NCBI GenBank assembly: GCA_036557525.1
Contig: DATBHH010000080.1
Location: forward strand, 13,746-77,745
DNA length: 64,000 bases
Reading direction: 5' to 3'
DNA from: Solirubrobacterales bacterium
Lineage (GTDB): Bacteria > Actinomycetota > Thermoleophilia > Solirubrobacterales > 70-9
A program made the position numbers and the translations under genes. Within the stretch, counting starts at the first letter, position 1. Every line of letters starts with the position of its first letter. Shown here piece after piece: positions 35,434 through 44,183 of the stretch. The notes beneath the pieces were generated by a model. That model worked only from the letters and a program-made list of their open reading frames with translations, was not told the DNA's origin and did no database searches.

Positions 35434-35681
35434 GACGACCTCTCCCGGCGGAACTCGTCCAACAGGCGCTCGAGCGTCGCGGTCGGGACGGCGTCGTCGC
35501 GGAGCCCGGCGCCGATCCCGATCGTCCTGCGCATCGCGTCGACGTATCGCTCGCAGCCCTCGCAATAGACGAGGTGCTGCTCGAACAGCTCCGCGTCTTC
35601 GCTCTCCAGCGCCAGCTCGAGGTAATCGCTGACCAGCTCGACCAGCCGTTGGCAGGGGATGTGGTTCACGGCATCAGCCAT
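35430..35681 (-). CDS. soluble zinc-binding anti-sigma factor (ZAS, RsrA-like)
   Basis: 83 aa with no TM segment. Has C10, H36, C40 and C43 (HLVYCEGC = HxxxCxxC). Overlaps the sigma gene by 8 nt. Confidence 0.75.
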   Translation of the reverse strand: MADAVNHIPCQRLVELVSDYLELALESEDAELFEQHLVYCEGCERYVDAMRRTIGIGAGLRDDAVPTATLERLLDEFRRERSS

Positions 35682-36333
35682 CGAGGTGGCTCTCGATCGC
35701 GCCGCGAACCTTCGTCCGGGCGCGATGGAGGAGAACCCTCTGATTGGCGGCCGAGACGTCGAGCACCTCGCAGACCTCCTGGGCGCTGCAGCCGGCGACG
35801 TCGCGCATCGTGATCACCGCGCGCTGGGCCTCGGGCAGCTCCCCGATTCTGCGCTTCACGACGTCGAGGGTCTCACGCCCGAGCAGCATCTGCTCGGGCA
35901 TCGATCCCCAGTCGGCGGGAAAACTGACCCAATTCCCGGCGAAGGGCTCGCCGGGGGGCAGGAAACGCTCCGGCTCCACGGCCGGCGCCGACCGATCCTC
36001 GGCCGCAAGCGAGGAGAACGGGACGCTTCGAGCTTCGCGAGCCCCGCGGGTCATCGCCCTGTTCACCACGATGCGAAGTATCCATGTGCCGAGAGCGGAA
36101 CGGCCTTCGAAACCGTCGAGCCCCTGAAGGACCGCGAGCCAGGATTCCTGCACGACCTCTTCGGCCACCGCCCTCGTCTTCACATAGCCGCTCGCCACCG
36201 CGACCATCCGTCCGTGGTGTGCCTCGACGAGTGCCCTGAAGGCGCTCTCGTCGCCGCCGCGCAACTGCGCCACCAGATCGCGCTCGTCCGAAGCGTCGAC
36301 GCGCCGGTCTTCCTCGACGGGGGCCACGAGCAC
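35674..36333 (-). CDS. ECF-type RNA polymerase sigma-70 family factor
   Basis: Region 2 AFRALVEAHHGRMVAVASGYV...AEEVVQESWLAVLQGLDGFEGRSALGTWILRIVVNRAMT. Region 4 LPEAQRAVITMRDVAGCSAQEVCEVLDVSAANQRVLLHRAR. Confidence 0.85.
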   Translation of the reverse strand: MLVAPVEEDRRVDASDERDLVAQLRGGDESAFRALVEAHHGRMVAVASGYVKTRAVAEEVVQESWLAVLQGLDGFEGRSALGTWILRIVVNRAMTRGAREARSVPFSSLAAEDRSAPAVEPERFLPPGEPFAGNWVSFPADWGSMPEQMLLGRETLDVVKRRIGELPEAQRAVITMRDVAGCSAQEVCEVLDVSAANQRVLLHRARTKVRGAIESHLDG

Positions 36334-36398
36334 CCGACTGTAGGCGCGACATCTTTCGATTCGATTACAGACGCCGTCGGTTAGATTCGCGGCTGACG

Positions 36399-37754
36399 AT
36401 GGGTGAGATCGACCGCGGCCGGCTGCGCGAAGCCCTCACCGCCGAGGAGGAGCGTTTCCTCTCGACCCACCGGCGCTCGGGTGAGCTCTTCGAGCAGGCC
36501 AGTGGATCTCTCCTCGCCGGGGTGCCGATGCCGTGGATGACGGAGTGGGCCGGCCCGTATCCGGTCTTCGCCGCAACCGCCGAGGGGGCCCACTTCACCG
36601 ACGTCGACGGCAACGAGTACGTCGACCTCTGCCTCGGCGACACCGGGGCGATGACGGGTCACTCGCCGGCGCCGACCGTGACGGCGATCGCCGAGCAGTC
36701 GGCGCGCGGGATCACCCTGATGCTCCCGACCGAGGACTCGACCTGGGTGGCGGCCGAGCTCGAGCGCCGCTTCGGCCTGCCCTACTGGCAGTTCGCGCTC
36801 ACCGCGACCGACGCCAACCGGTTCACGATCCGCCTGGCACGGGCGATCACGGGACGCCCGAAGGTCCTGGTCTATTCCTGGTGCTACCACGGCACAGTCG
36901 ACGAGACATTCGCGATCGCCGTCGAGGGCGAGACGAGGTCGCGGCCCGACAACATCGGTCCGCCGGTCGATCCGTCGCTGACGACGGTCGCGGTCGAGTG
37001 GAACGACGTCGGGGCGCTCGATGCGGCGCTGGCCGGCGGCGAGATCGCCTGCGTGCTGGCCGAGCCGGCGATGACCAACATCGGGATCGTCCTGCCCGAG
37101 CCCGGCTACCACGACGCGCTCCGGTCGCTGACCCGCGAGCACGGGACCCTGCTGGTGATCGACGAGACCCACACGATCTGCGCCGGGCCCGGCGGCTACA
37201 CGGCGGCCAATGGCCTCGAGCCGGACTTCCTCACGATCGGCAAGCCGCTCGCGGCGGGGGTTCCGGCCGCCACCTACGGAATGAGCGAGGCGGTCGCCGC
37301 ACGTGTCCTCGAGCACAACGAGGTGCTCGAGGTCTCCGACGTCGGCGGGATCGGCGGCACTCTCTCGGGCAACGCGCTCTCGCTCGCCGCGATGCGGGCG
37401 ACTCTCGAGGGCGTCCTCACCGATGAGGCCTTCGCGCGGATGATCGCCCTCGGCGAGCGCTTCGAGGCCGGCGTCCGCGATGGGATCGAGTCGAACCGGC
37501 TCCCCTGGCACGTGACCCGGCTGGGCTGCCGCGTCGAGTACGCGTTCAGCGCCGAGGAGCCGCGCAACGGGGGCGAGGCTGCGGCGGCTCAGGATCGTGA
37601 GCTCGACCGCTTCCTCCACCTCCACGCGCTCAACCGCGGAATCCTGATGACCCCGTTCCACAACATGGCGCTGATGTCGCCCGCGACCACGGCGGAGGAC
37701 GTCGACCGCCACACCGAAGCCTTCGCCGAGGCGATCGGAGACCTGCTCGGCTGA
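36399..37754 (+). CDS. class III aminotransferase (glutamate-1-semialdehyde aminomutase-like)
   Basis: FTDVDGNEYVDLCLGDTGAMTGH, LVIDETHT, FLTIGKPLAAG (PLP lysine context). Confidence 0.85.
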   Translation: MGEIDRGRLREALTAEEERFLSTHRRSGELFEQASGSLLAGVPMPWMTEWAGPYPVFAATAEGAHFTDVDGNEYVDLCLGDTGAMTGHSPAPTVTAIAEQSARGITLMLPTEDSTWVAAELERRFGLPYWQFALTATDANRFTIRLARAITGRPKVLVYSWCYHGTVDETFAIAVEGETRSRPDNIGPPVDPSLTTVAVEWNDVGALDAALAGGEIACVLAEPAMTNIGIVLPEPGYHDALRSLTREHGTLLVIDETHTICAGPGGYTAANGLEPDFLTIGKPLAAGVPAATYGMSEAVAARVLEHNEVLEVSDVGGIGGTLSGNALSLAAMRATLEGVLTDEAFARMIALGERFEAGVRDGIESNRLPWHVTRLGCRVEYAFSAEEPRNGGEAAAAQDRELDRFLHLHALNRGILMTPFHNMALMSPATTAEDVDRHTEAFAEAIGDLLG

Positions 37755-37765
37755 GGGGCGGCAGC

Positions 37766-37951
37766 CTACGGGAGCGGCACCTTCTTGCCCGGGTTGAGAA
37801 GAAGCTTGGGGTCGAAGGCCCGCTTGATCTCGGCCTCGAGGCGGATCAACGGCCTTCGGCCCTGTCGGCGCAGTCCACGGTCGTGACCTGGGCGGGCTGC
37901 CGCGGTGGCGTCGAGATTGGATTGCGGGATGCGCAGGGTAAATGCGCCCAC
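37766..37951 (-). pseudogene. 3'-terminal remnant of a GlcD-like FAD-linked oxidase gene
   Basis: Only the C-terminal about 50 aa survive: ...GHDRGLRRQGRRPLIRLEAEIKRAFDPKLLLNPGKKVPLP, the typical tail of FAD-binding oxidoreductases. No upstream body. Confidence 0.5.
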
Positions 37952-38075
37952 CCCGGGGGTCGACTACTGCGCGCCCTTCGGCGGTGAGCGGCGCTCGGGC
38001 TTCGGCCCGCGTGAGCGGGGCCGCGCCGCCCGCGACTTCTTCACCTCGCGCCGAACGATGACGGTCGGTCCCTGA
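37929..38075 (+). pseudogene. 3'-terminal remnant of an aldehyde dehydrogenase gene
   Basis: Frame reads VNAPTPGVDYCAPFGGERRSGFGPRERGRAARDFFTSRRTMTVGP*, matching the ALDH C-terminal PFGGxKxSGxGRE...T block. It is followed by the hairpin CGGCCGG-ctgatc-CCGGCCG (38079..38098). Confidence 0.55.
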
Positions 38076-38165
38076 AACGGCCGGCTGATCCCGGCCGGCT
38101 AACGGCGGGGCCCGCAGCGAGGGCCCGCGTCGAGCGTCTAGTATCTCGAACTGCGGTTCCGAGAG

Positions 38166-39572
38166 ATGAATTCCTCGATCACGACACCGGACGCGAAGGA
38201 AGCACTCGGCGAGGTCGCGTTGACCGCTCCGTCAGACGTCGAAGCCATCGTCGCCGCGGCAAGCGACTCCCAGGGCCGGTGGCGTGAGCTGCCGGTCGCG
38301 GAGCGAGCGCGGATTCTCGACACCGCGGCGCGGGCGCTCGAGCCCGAGGCTCCGGAGCTCGGTCGGCTGCTGGCCGCCGAGTCGGGAAAGCCCCTGGCCC
38401 AGGCCGAATTCGAGATCGGTGGAGCGATCGCCCTTCTCCACGGGAACGCCGAGGAGGGTCGGAGGCTGGGCGGCCGAGTCCTTCCTACGGAGGGGAACCC
38501 GGGCACCGAGTGGGATCTGGCCTACACCAGGCGCGAGCCGCTCGGCGTCGTCGCGGCGATCCTCCCGTTCAACTTCCCGGTCGAGCTCTTCATCGAGAAG
38601 TGCGCCGCCGCGCTCGTGGCGGGGAACTCCGTCGTCGTCAAGCCGCCGCTCGAGGACCCGCTGACAGTCGAGAGACTGCGTCGGGCGCTGATCGACGCCG
38701 GGGTGCCGCCCGCCGCCGTCGCGGCCGTCAACGGCGGCGCCGACGTCGGCGCCGCTCTGGCGGGAGCAGCCGAGGTCGACGCCGTCTCGCTGACCGGTTC
38801 GACCGCCGCCGGAATCGCCGTCGCCGAAGCCGCGGCGCCGATCCTGCGCCCCCTCCATCTCGAGCTTGGGGGCAACAACGCGTGCCTGGTGCGGGCCGAT
38901 GCCGACCTCGACCTGGTCGCGAGCGAGGTGATCCGGGGCCGGCTGCTGATGAACGGTCAGGCCTGCGCGGCCAGCAAGCGGATCGTCGTCGACGCCTCGG
39001 TCCACGACGACCTTGCCGAGCGGCTCACCGCGGCGCTCGGCTCGCAGCGGGTCGGGCCCGCGACCGACCCGACGACGACCGTCGGGCCGCTGATCACGCC
39101 CACGGCCGCCGCCCGTGTCGAGTCCCAGATCTCGCGAGGGCGGAAGGAAGGCGCCGAGCTGGTCGCCGGGGAGGGGATCGCCGACGGACCCTACGTCGGG
39201 CCGACACTGCTCGGCTCGGTCCCGGCGAGTGCCGCGGTGGCCCGCGATGACGAGATCTTCGGGCCGGTCTTTGCGCTGATCCCGGTCGACAGTGACGAGG
39301 AGGCGCTGGCTGTCGCCAACGCGTCCTCCTTCGGGCTGATGGCCAGCGTCTTCTCGGCTGATGTCCGCCGCGCGGTGGCGATCGGCGAGCGGATCGAGGC
39401 GGGCGGGGTGGTGATCAACGGGACCGACAATTACCGGCCGCCGGTGATTCCGTTCGGGGGGGTCAAGCTGTCCGGGCTCGGGAGGGAGGGTCTGGGCTAC
39501 ACGATCGCCGAGCTATCGCGGGAGAAGACCTTCGTCCTGCGCCGCTTCCGGGCGCCCGGAGACGCCGGATGA
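38166..39572 (+). CDS. NAD(P)-dependent aldehyde dehydrogenase
   Basis: FNFPVEL, LELGGNNACLV (catalytic Glu), NGQACAASKRIVV (catalytic Cys), PFGGVKLSGLGREG. Confidence 0.85.
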   Translation: MNSSITTPDAKEALGEVALTAPSDVEAIVAAASDSQGRWRELPVAERARILDTAARALEPEAPELGRLLAAESGKPLAQAEFEIGGAIALLHGNAEEGRRLGGRVLPTEGNPGTEWDLAYTRREPLGVVAAILPFNFPVELFIEKCAAALVAGNSVVVKPPLEDPLTVERLRRALIDAGVPPAAVAAVNGGADVGAALAGAAEVDAVSLTGSTAAGIAVAEAAAPILRPLHLELGGNNACLVRADADLDLVASEVIRGRLLMNGQACAASKRIVVDASVHDDLAERLTAALGSQRVGPATDPTTTVGPLITPTAAARVESQISRGRKEGAELVAGEGIADGPYVGPTLLGSVPASAAVARDDEIFGPVFALIPVDSDEEALAVANASSFGLMASVFSADVRRAVAIGERIEAGGVVINGTDNYRPPVIPFGGVKLSGLGREGLGYTIAELSREKTFVLRRFRAPGDAG

Positions 39573-40354
39573 GTGGTTACCGGGTTCCCGCCGTCGTGTC
39601 CGCGATCCGCGTCCTCGGCCATCTCGACGCCCAGGGCGACGGCGGGGTGACCCAGTCCGAGCTCGTTGAGGCGCTCGGCGTCTCGAAGAGCACCATGCAC
39701 AACCTGGTCCGCACCCTGGAGTCGGAGGGCTTTGTCCGCCGCGACGCGAACACGCGGCGTTACTGCCTCGGCCCCGCACTGATCCCACTCGGCGCCGCGG
39801 CCCTGCGGCAGACCCAGCTCATCAGGCTCGCCTCCGACGCGGTCGCTCCGCTGGCCGCCCACCACGATCTCTCCTTCGCGGTTGCGCAACGCACCGCCGA
39901 CGATTTCGCACAGGTGGTCGAGCGCTTCTACCCCCCGCAGGACGTTCACGTGGGCATCACCCTCGGCAGCCGGTTCGGGATCTCCGAGGGGGCTCTGGGC
40001 AAGCTGCTGCTGGCCGCGATGGACGCCGATCAGGCCGAGCGCCTTCTCTCGGGGCGCAAGCTGCCCGCTCACACCGACCTCACGATCACCGACCCGGATG
40101 CCCTCCTGCGCGAGGTCGCCCGCGCCCGCGAGCGCGGCTGGGCGGTAAGCGCCCAGGAGCTGAACGAGAACAACGCGGTCGCGGCCTCGGTCTGGGGGCC
40201 GAGCGGCGACGTCGAGCTGTTCCTGATCAGTCTCGGCTTCCCCGCGCAGCTGGAGGAGGACCGCCTTGCCGAGATCGGAGAGATGCTCCGCGGAGTCGCC
40301 GACTCGGTGATGGAGGCGGCCGGCTCGACCCGCCCAGAGCCGACCCAGCCATGA
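39569..40354 (+). CDS. IclR family transcriptional regulator
   Basis: Winged HTH VTQSELVEALGVSKSTMHNLVRTLESEGFVRRD plus an effector domain. ATGA overlap with the ALDH stop. Confidence 0.85.
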   Translation: MSGYRVPAVVSAIRVLGHLDAQGDGGVTQSELVEALGVSKSTMHNLVRTLESEGFVRRDANTRRYCLGPALIPLGAAALRQTQLIRLASDAVAPLAAHHDLSFAVAQRTADDFAQVVERFYPPQDVHVGITLGSRFGISEGALGKLLLAAMDADQAERLLSGRKLPAHTDLTITDPDALLREVARARERGWAVSAQELNENNAVAASVWGPSGDVELFLISLGFPAQLEEDRLAEIGEMLRGVADSVMEAAGSTRPEPTQP

Positions 40355-41214
40355 GCGGCGCGCCGGAGTCGGTCAGGCTCGCGGTGATCCAGCCGCGGCC
40401 GGGCTCCGGCCCCGAGGAGCACAAGGTCGGGCGGGCGGTCGAGCTCCTCGAGCAGGCGGTGGCCGACGGCGCCCGGCTGGCCCTGTTTCCCGAGGGGTAC
40501 CCCGGCCCGCTGCGGGCCGCGAGCGAGTACGACGCGATGCCGGACCTCGCCGCCGCCGCGCGGTCCCTCGGCTGCGGGATCTGCTGGAGCAGGGTCGAGG
40601 CCGAGGAGGAAGGGAGGCACCGGATGGTGGCGTACCTGCACGACAGCTCGGGCGAGGTTCGGCTGCGCTACGAGCGAGCCCATCCCGCGACGGGGGACGT
40701 TCACCCCACCCTCTCCGGCGTTCCGATCCTTCCCGGCGACGATCTCAAGCCGGCCGAGGTGGATGGCGTCTCGGTCGGGGTCCTGATCTGCTCGGAGCTC
40801 TGGATTCCGGAGGCCGCGCGCGTGCTGGCGGTCGCCGGCGCCGAGCTGCTGCTCGCTCCTGCGGGCGGCGGCTTCCACGAGGTCGCGCCGAACTGGCGGC
40901 TGATCGCGCGGGCGCGGGCGGTCGAGAACGAGTGCCACGTCGGCCTCACCCAGCATCTGTTCGGCAAGGAGGAGGGCTCGGCCCTGATCGCCGGGCCGGA
41001 GGAGACGCTCGCGCGACTGATAGGGGAGGGAGTGGTCGTCGCCGACCTCGACCTCGACCGGGCTCGCTGGCTTCGCGCGACGGACGACTCGATGCGCGAG
41101 CCGAAGCCGTTCTCGTCGCTCCCGGGCCTGCTCCGGGCGCGCCGGCCGTGCCTTTACGGCGATCTCTCCAAGCCCGTTCCAGGGCTCTACGACTACTCCG
41201 ATCCTACGGCTTGA
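40351..41214 (+). CDS. carbon-nitrogen hydrolase (nitrilase superfamily; carbamoylase/amidase-like)
   Basis: LALFPEGY (Glu), VGVLICSELWIPE (Cys). Length about 287 aa. ATGA overlap upstream. Confidence 0.8.
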   Translation: MSGAPESVRLAVIQPRPGSGPEEHKVGRAVELLEQAVADGARLALFPEGYPGPLRAASEYDAMPDLAAAARSLGCGICWSRVEAEEEGRHRMVAYLHDSSGEVRLRYERAHPATGDVHPTLSGVPILPGDDLKPAEVDGVSVGVLICSELWIPEAARVLAVAGAELLLAPAGGGFHEVAPNWRLIARARAVENECHVGLTQHLFGKEEGSALIAGPEETLARLIGEGVVVADLDLDRARWLRATDDSMREPKPFSSLPGLLRARRPCLYGDLSKPVPGLYDYSDPTA

Positions 41215-41250
41215 CACGTTTTGAGCCGCTGGGATATAAAGACTCTCCCA

Positions 41251-41275
41251 CTGAACTACGTTCAGTCAGCTGAAC
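41251..41275. promoter_or_regulatory. candidate operator: three CTGAAC/GTTCAG half-sites
   Basis: CTGAAC-tac-GTTCAG-tcag-CTGAAC lies in the only sizeable gap (41215..41312) of the locus. It follows a GATATAAAG (-10-like) element and is about 25 nt upstream of the AAGGAG Shine-Dalgarno sequence. Confidence 0.4.
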
Positions 41276-41312
41276 AAGCGTACTCGCTACGCGGTGCCGG
41301 AAGGAGAATTTG

Positions 41313-42821
41313 ATGAGCGCAATCCACGAGCTGGTCGACCTGGCGATCACCGGCGGTACCGTCGTCTCCCCGAGCGGCTGTCGGAGAGTGGGGATCGCGA
41401 TCGACGGCGGGCGGGTCGTAGCCGTCGCCGAGGATCACCTGCTGCCGCCGGCGCGGGAGACCTACGACGCGAGCGGTCTCCACGTGATCCCGGGGCTCGT
41501 CGACACCGAGTCCCACCCCGGCTGCTACTCCCCGCTCAAGGACGACCTCGCCACCGAGTCCCGCGCGGCCGTCACCTCAGGGGTCACGACCTGGGGGGTG
41601 CACGCGCCCTCGACGCGGATGGGGCATCCAAACTTCGTCGACTTCGTCCAGCCCGATGACGTCGTCTCGTTCCACGACTCGTTCGAGCACTTCACCAACC
41701 TCACCGAGACCGACTCTGCGGTCGACATCTTCCTCACCTACATGGTCGAGACCGATCAACAGGCCAGGGAGATTCCCGAGTACGCCCGTGACCACGGTGT
41801 CACCTCCTACAAGCTCTACCTCCAGTCGATGAGCCCGGAGGCGGAGCCGCACTGGCCGGGCCGGCGCGCCGGGCTCGGCCACGGGTTCGACGACGGCACC
41901 TGCTGGCTGGTGATGGAGGCGGTCGCCGATCTCGGCTCCCCGGGCGTGGTCTGCATGCACTGCGAGAACTGGGAGATCGCGCGCATCTTCGACGAGCGGC
42001 TCCGCTCCGAAGGCCGTACCGACTGGGCGGCCTGGTCGGACCGCTCGCCGCACTTCCTCGAGTCGACCCACATCCGCACCTACGGCGACATGGCCGGGGA
42101 GCTCGATTGCCCGATCTACATTCAGCACGCGACCACGCCTGAGAGCTACCGCGAGATCCTCGAGCTGCGCGGCAGAGGCGTGACCTGTCACGCCCAGACC
42201 GGCCCGCACTGGCTGCACTTCGGCAAGGGCGAGCCGAACGCGTGGCGGATCAACGTCCCCCTTCGCTCGCGCGAGAACAATCCCAACATCTGGCGCGCCC
42301 TCCGCGACGACGTCATCAACTCGGTCGGCTCCGACCACGTCGTCTCCTGGAAGCCCTCCGACTACGAGAGCTCGTTCAACGAGAACCTCTGGGAGCTGAA
42401 GACCGGGTTCACGTCCCGGGTCGAGATGCTGTTGCCGGTCCTGCTCGAGGGCGTGCACGCGGAGAAACTCTCGCTCGAGCGGATGGTCGAGGTCGCCTGC
42501 GCCAACCCGGCGCGCATCTTTGGCCTCTACCCGCGCAAGGGCACCCTCGATATCGGTGCCGACGCCGACCTCGTCCTCGTCGACCTCGACAGGGTGGTCG
42601 AGGTCTCCAACGACCGGGTCCTGACCCGCTCGGGCTGGACGGTCCTCGACGGCCACACGATCCACGGGTGGAACGTCGCCACCTTCCTCCGCGGTAAGCA
42701 GATGTCGCGCTGGCAGGACGGCGCCCCCGGCCCTGAGTTCATCGGCGACGCCGACGGCGAATACCTGCGTCGGGTTCCTGGCCGCGACCTGGTGGAGCTC
42801 CAGGCTCCGCTGGAGGCGTGA
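41313..42821 (+). CDS. cyclic amidohydrolase (D-hydantoinase/dihydropyrimidinase-like)
   Basis: LAITGGTVVSP...VIPGLVDTESHPG, GVTSYKLYL (carboxylated-Lys position), CMHCEN, IQHATT, GSDHV. AAGGAG Shine-Dalgarno sequence 6 nt before ATG 41313. Confidence 0.8.
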   Translation: MSAIHELVDLAITGGTVVSPSGCRRVGIAIDGGRVVAVAEDHLLPPARETYDASGLHVIPGLVDTESHPGCYSPLKDDLATESRAAVTSGVTTWGVHAPSTRMGHPNFVDFVQPDDVVSFHDSFEHFTNLTETDSAVDIFLTYMVETDQQAREIPEYARDHGVTSYKLYLQSMSPEAEPHWPGRRAGLGHGFDDGTCWLVMEAVADLGSPGVVCMHCENWEIARIFDERLRSEGRTDWAAWSDRSPHFLESTHIRTYGDMAGELDCPIYIQHATTPESYREILELRGRGVTCHAQTGPHWLHFGKGEPNAWRINVPLRSRENNPNIWRALRDDVINSVGSDHVVSWKPSDYESSFNENLWELKTGFTSRVEMLLPVLLEGVHAEKLSLERMVEVACANPARIFGLYPRKGTLDIGADADLVLVDLDRVVEVSNDRVLTRSGWTVLDGHTIHGWNVATFLRGKQMSRWQDGAPGPEFIGDADGEYLRRVPGRDLVELQAPLEA

Positions 42822-43600
42822 TGGCGGTCTGGGACGACGTCCTCCCCGAGCAGGACCGGGCCGTCTACGAGGCGGCGGGGTGGGGCCGGGACGCCGGCTT
42901 CGGCAGCCGCCCGGTGCTGCTCGTCGTGGACGTCATCTACAACTTCGTCGGCGACCGGCCCGAGCCGATCCTCGATTCGATCCGGCGCTGGCGCTACAGC
43001 TGTGGCGAGCGCGGCTGGGAGGGGGTCGCCCACCTCCGCCGGCTTATTGCCGCCACGCGCGAGAAGGAGGTGCCGATCATCTACACGGGGATGGATCGGC
43101 GCCCCGACGGATTCGACCAGGGCTCATGGAACTGGAAGTCGAGCCGCTCCGCCGACGCGTCCGACATCGTCGGCTCCCTCGGCAACGAGATCGTCGCCGA
43201 GGTCGCCCCCGAGCCGCAGGACGTCTACTTCGTCAAGCGCAAGCCGAGCGCGTTCCTCGGCACGCCGCTGCTTGGCCACCTCGTCTACCTCGGCGCCGAC
43301 ACGGTGATCACGACCGGGACGACTACGAGCGGCTGCGTCCGGGCCACCGCCGTCGACGCCGCGCAGTACAACCTTCGCTCGGTCGTTCCCGAGGAGTGCG
43401 TCTGGGACCGGGGGGAGCTCACCCACAAGGTCAACCTCTTCGACATCCAGATGAAGTACGGCGACGTCAAGTCGACCGACGAGGTGATCTCCTACCTTCG
43501 CTCGCTGCCGCAGAGGCCGTGCGGGGAGACGACCCCGACCGGCATGCCCAACACCGACGAGAAGGTGCCGACCACGGTCGGGGACGGCCGTGAGGGCTGA
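42821..43600 (+). CDS. isochorismatase-family (cysteine) hydrolase
   Basis: PVLLVVDVIYNF (Asp), FVKRKPSAF (Lys), TGTTTSGCVRATAVDA (Cys). The start overlaps the upstream stop (GTG 42818 or ATG 42821). Confidence 0.8.
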   Translation: MAVWDDVLPEQDRAVYEAAGWGRDAGFGSRPVLLVVDVIYNFVGDRPEPILDSIRRWRYSCGERGWEGVAHLRRLIAATREKEVPIIYTGMDRRPDGFDQGSWNWKSSRSADASDIVGSLGNEIVAEVAPEPQDVYFVKRKPSAFLGTPLLGHLVYLGADTVITTGTTTSGCVRATAVDAAQYNLRSVVPEECVWDRGELTHKVNLFDIQMKYGDVKSTDEVISYLRSLPQRPCGETTPTGMPNTDEKVPTTVGDGREG

Positions 43601-43601
43601 G

Positions 43602-44183
43602 ATGAGCCTCTCGATCCGCAGGATCGTCGCCTTCGTCGACGAGGTGCGTTCCGAAGGCGGCCGCGAGGACGGGGAGCCGCTGCGGAAAGCCGCGGTCGCC
43701 GCGGTGTTCGCGAACCCTTACGCCGGCCGCGGCTACTCGGCCGACCTCTCGGAGCTGATCGAGCCGAGCGCCGAGCTCGGCACGCTGATCGGCGAGCGCT
43801 GCGCCACCGCCCTCGGGGCGCCGGTCGAGAGCCATGGCAAGGCGGTGATGGTCGGCACCGCCGGCGAGCAGGAGCATGGCAATGCGGTGAAGACGACCAC
43901 CTTCGGGAATCCCTTCCGGGAGGCGTTCGGCGGTGGCGCCGCATGGCTCCCCTCGACGACCAAGCGGTGTGCGCCGGGCGCCCAGATCGACGTACCCCTG
44001 TGCTTCAAGGACGAGATCTGGGTCCGCTCGCACTACGACACGATCACGATCTTCGTCCCGGACGCGCCGGCGCCCGACGAGATCGTGTTGATCGGGGCGG
44101 TCGCCTCGCGTGGCCGTCTCAACGCCCGCCTCGGCGGCAAGAGCAAGGAGGAGGCGCTTGCCGAACGAGGGGAGAGCGGTTGA
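43602..44183 (+). CDS. amino-acid-synthesis family protein (DUF1185-like)
   Basis: IRRIVAFVDEVRSEGGRE...KAAVAAVFANPYAGRGYSADLSELI...HGKAVMVGTAGEQEHG matches my recollection of this family. Not verified by search. Confidence 0.65.
   Translation: MSLSIRRIVAFVDEVRSEGGREDGEPLRKAAVAAVFANPYAGRGYSADLSELIEPSAELGTLIGERCATALGAPVESHGKAVMVGTAGEQEHGNAVKTTTFGNPFREAFGGGAAWLPSTTKRCAPGAQIDVPLCFKDEIWVRSHYDTITIFVPDAPAPDEIVLIGAVASRGRLNARLGGKSKEEALAERGESG

Noticed and set aside
36334-36398. ECF-type promoter (GGAAC-like -35 and CGTC-like -10) upstream of the sigma factor gene.
   Set aside because: GAATC and CGTCT elements are present on the minus strand, but they are only about 10 nt apart, far from the 16-17 nt spacing of ECF promoters.
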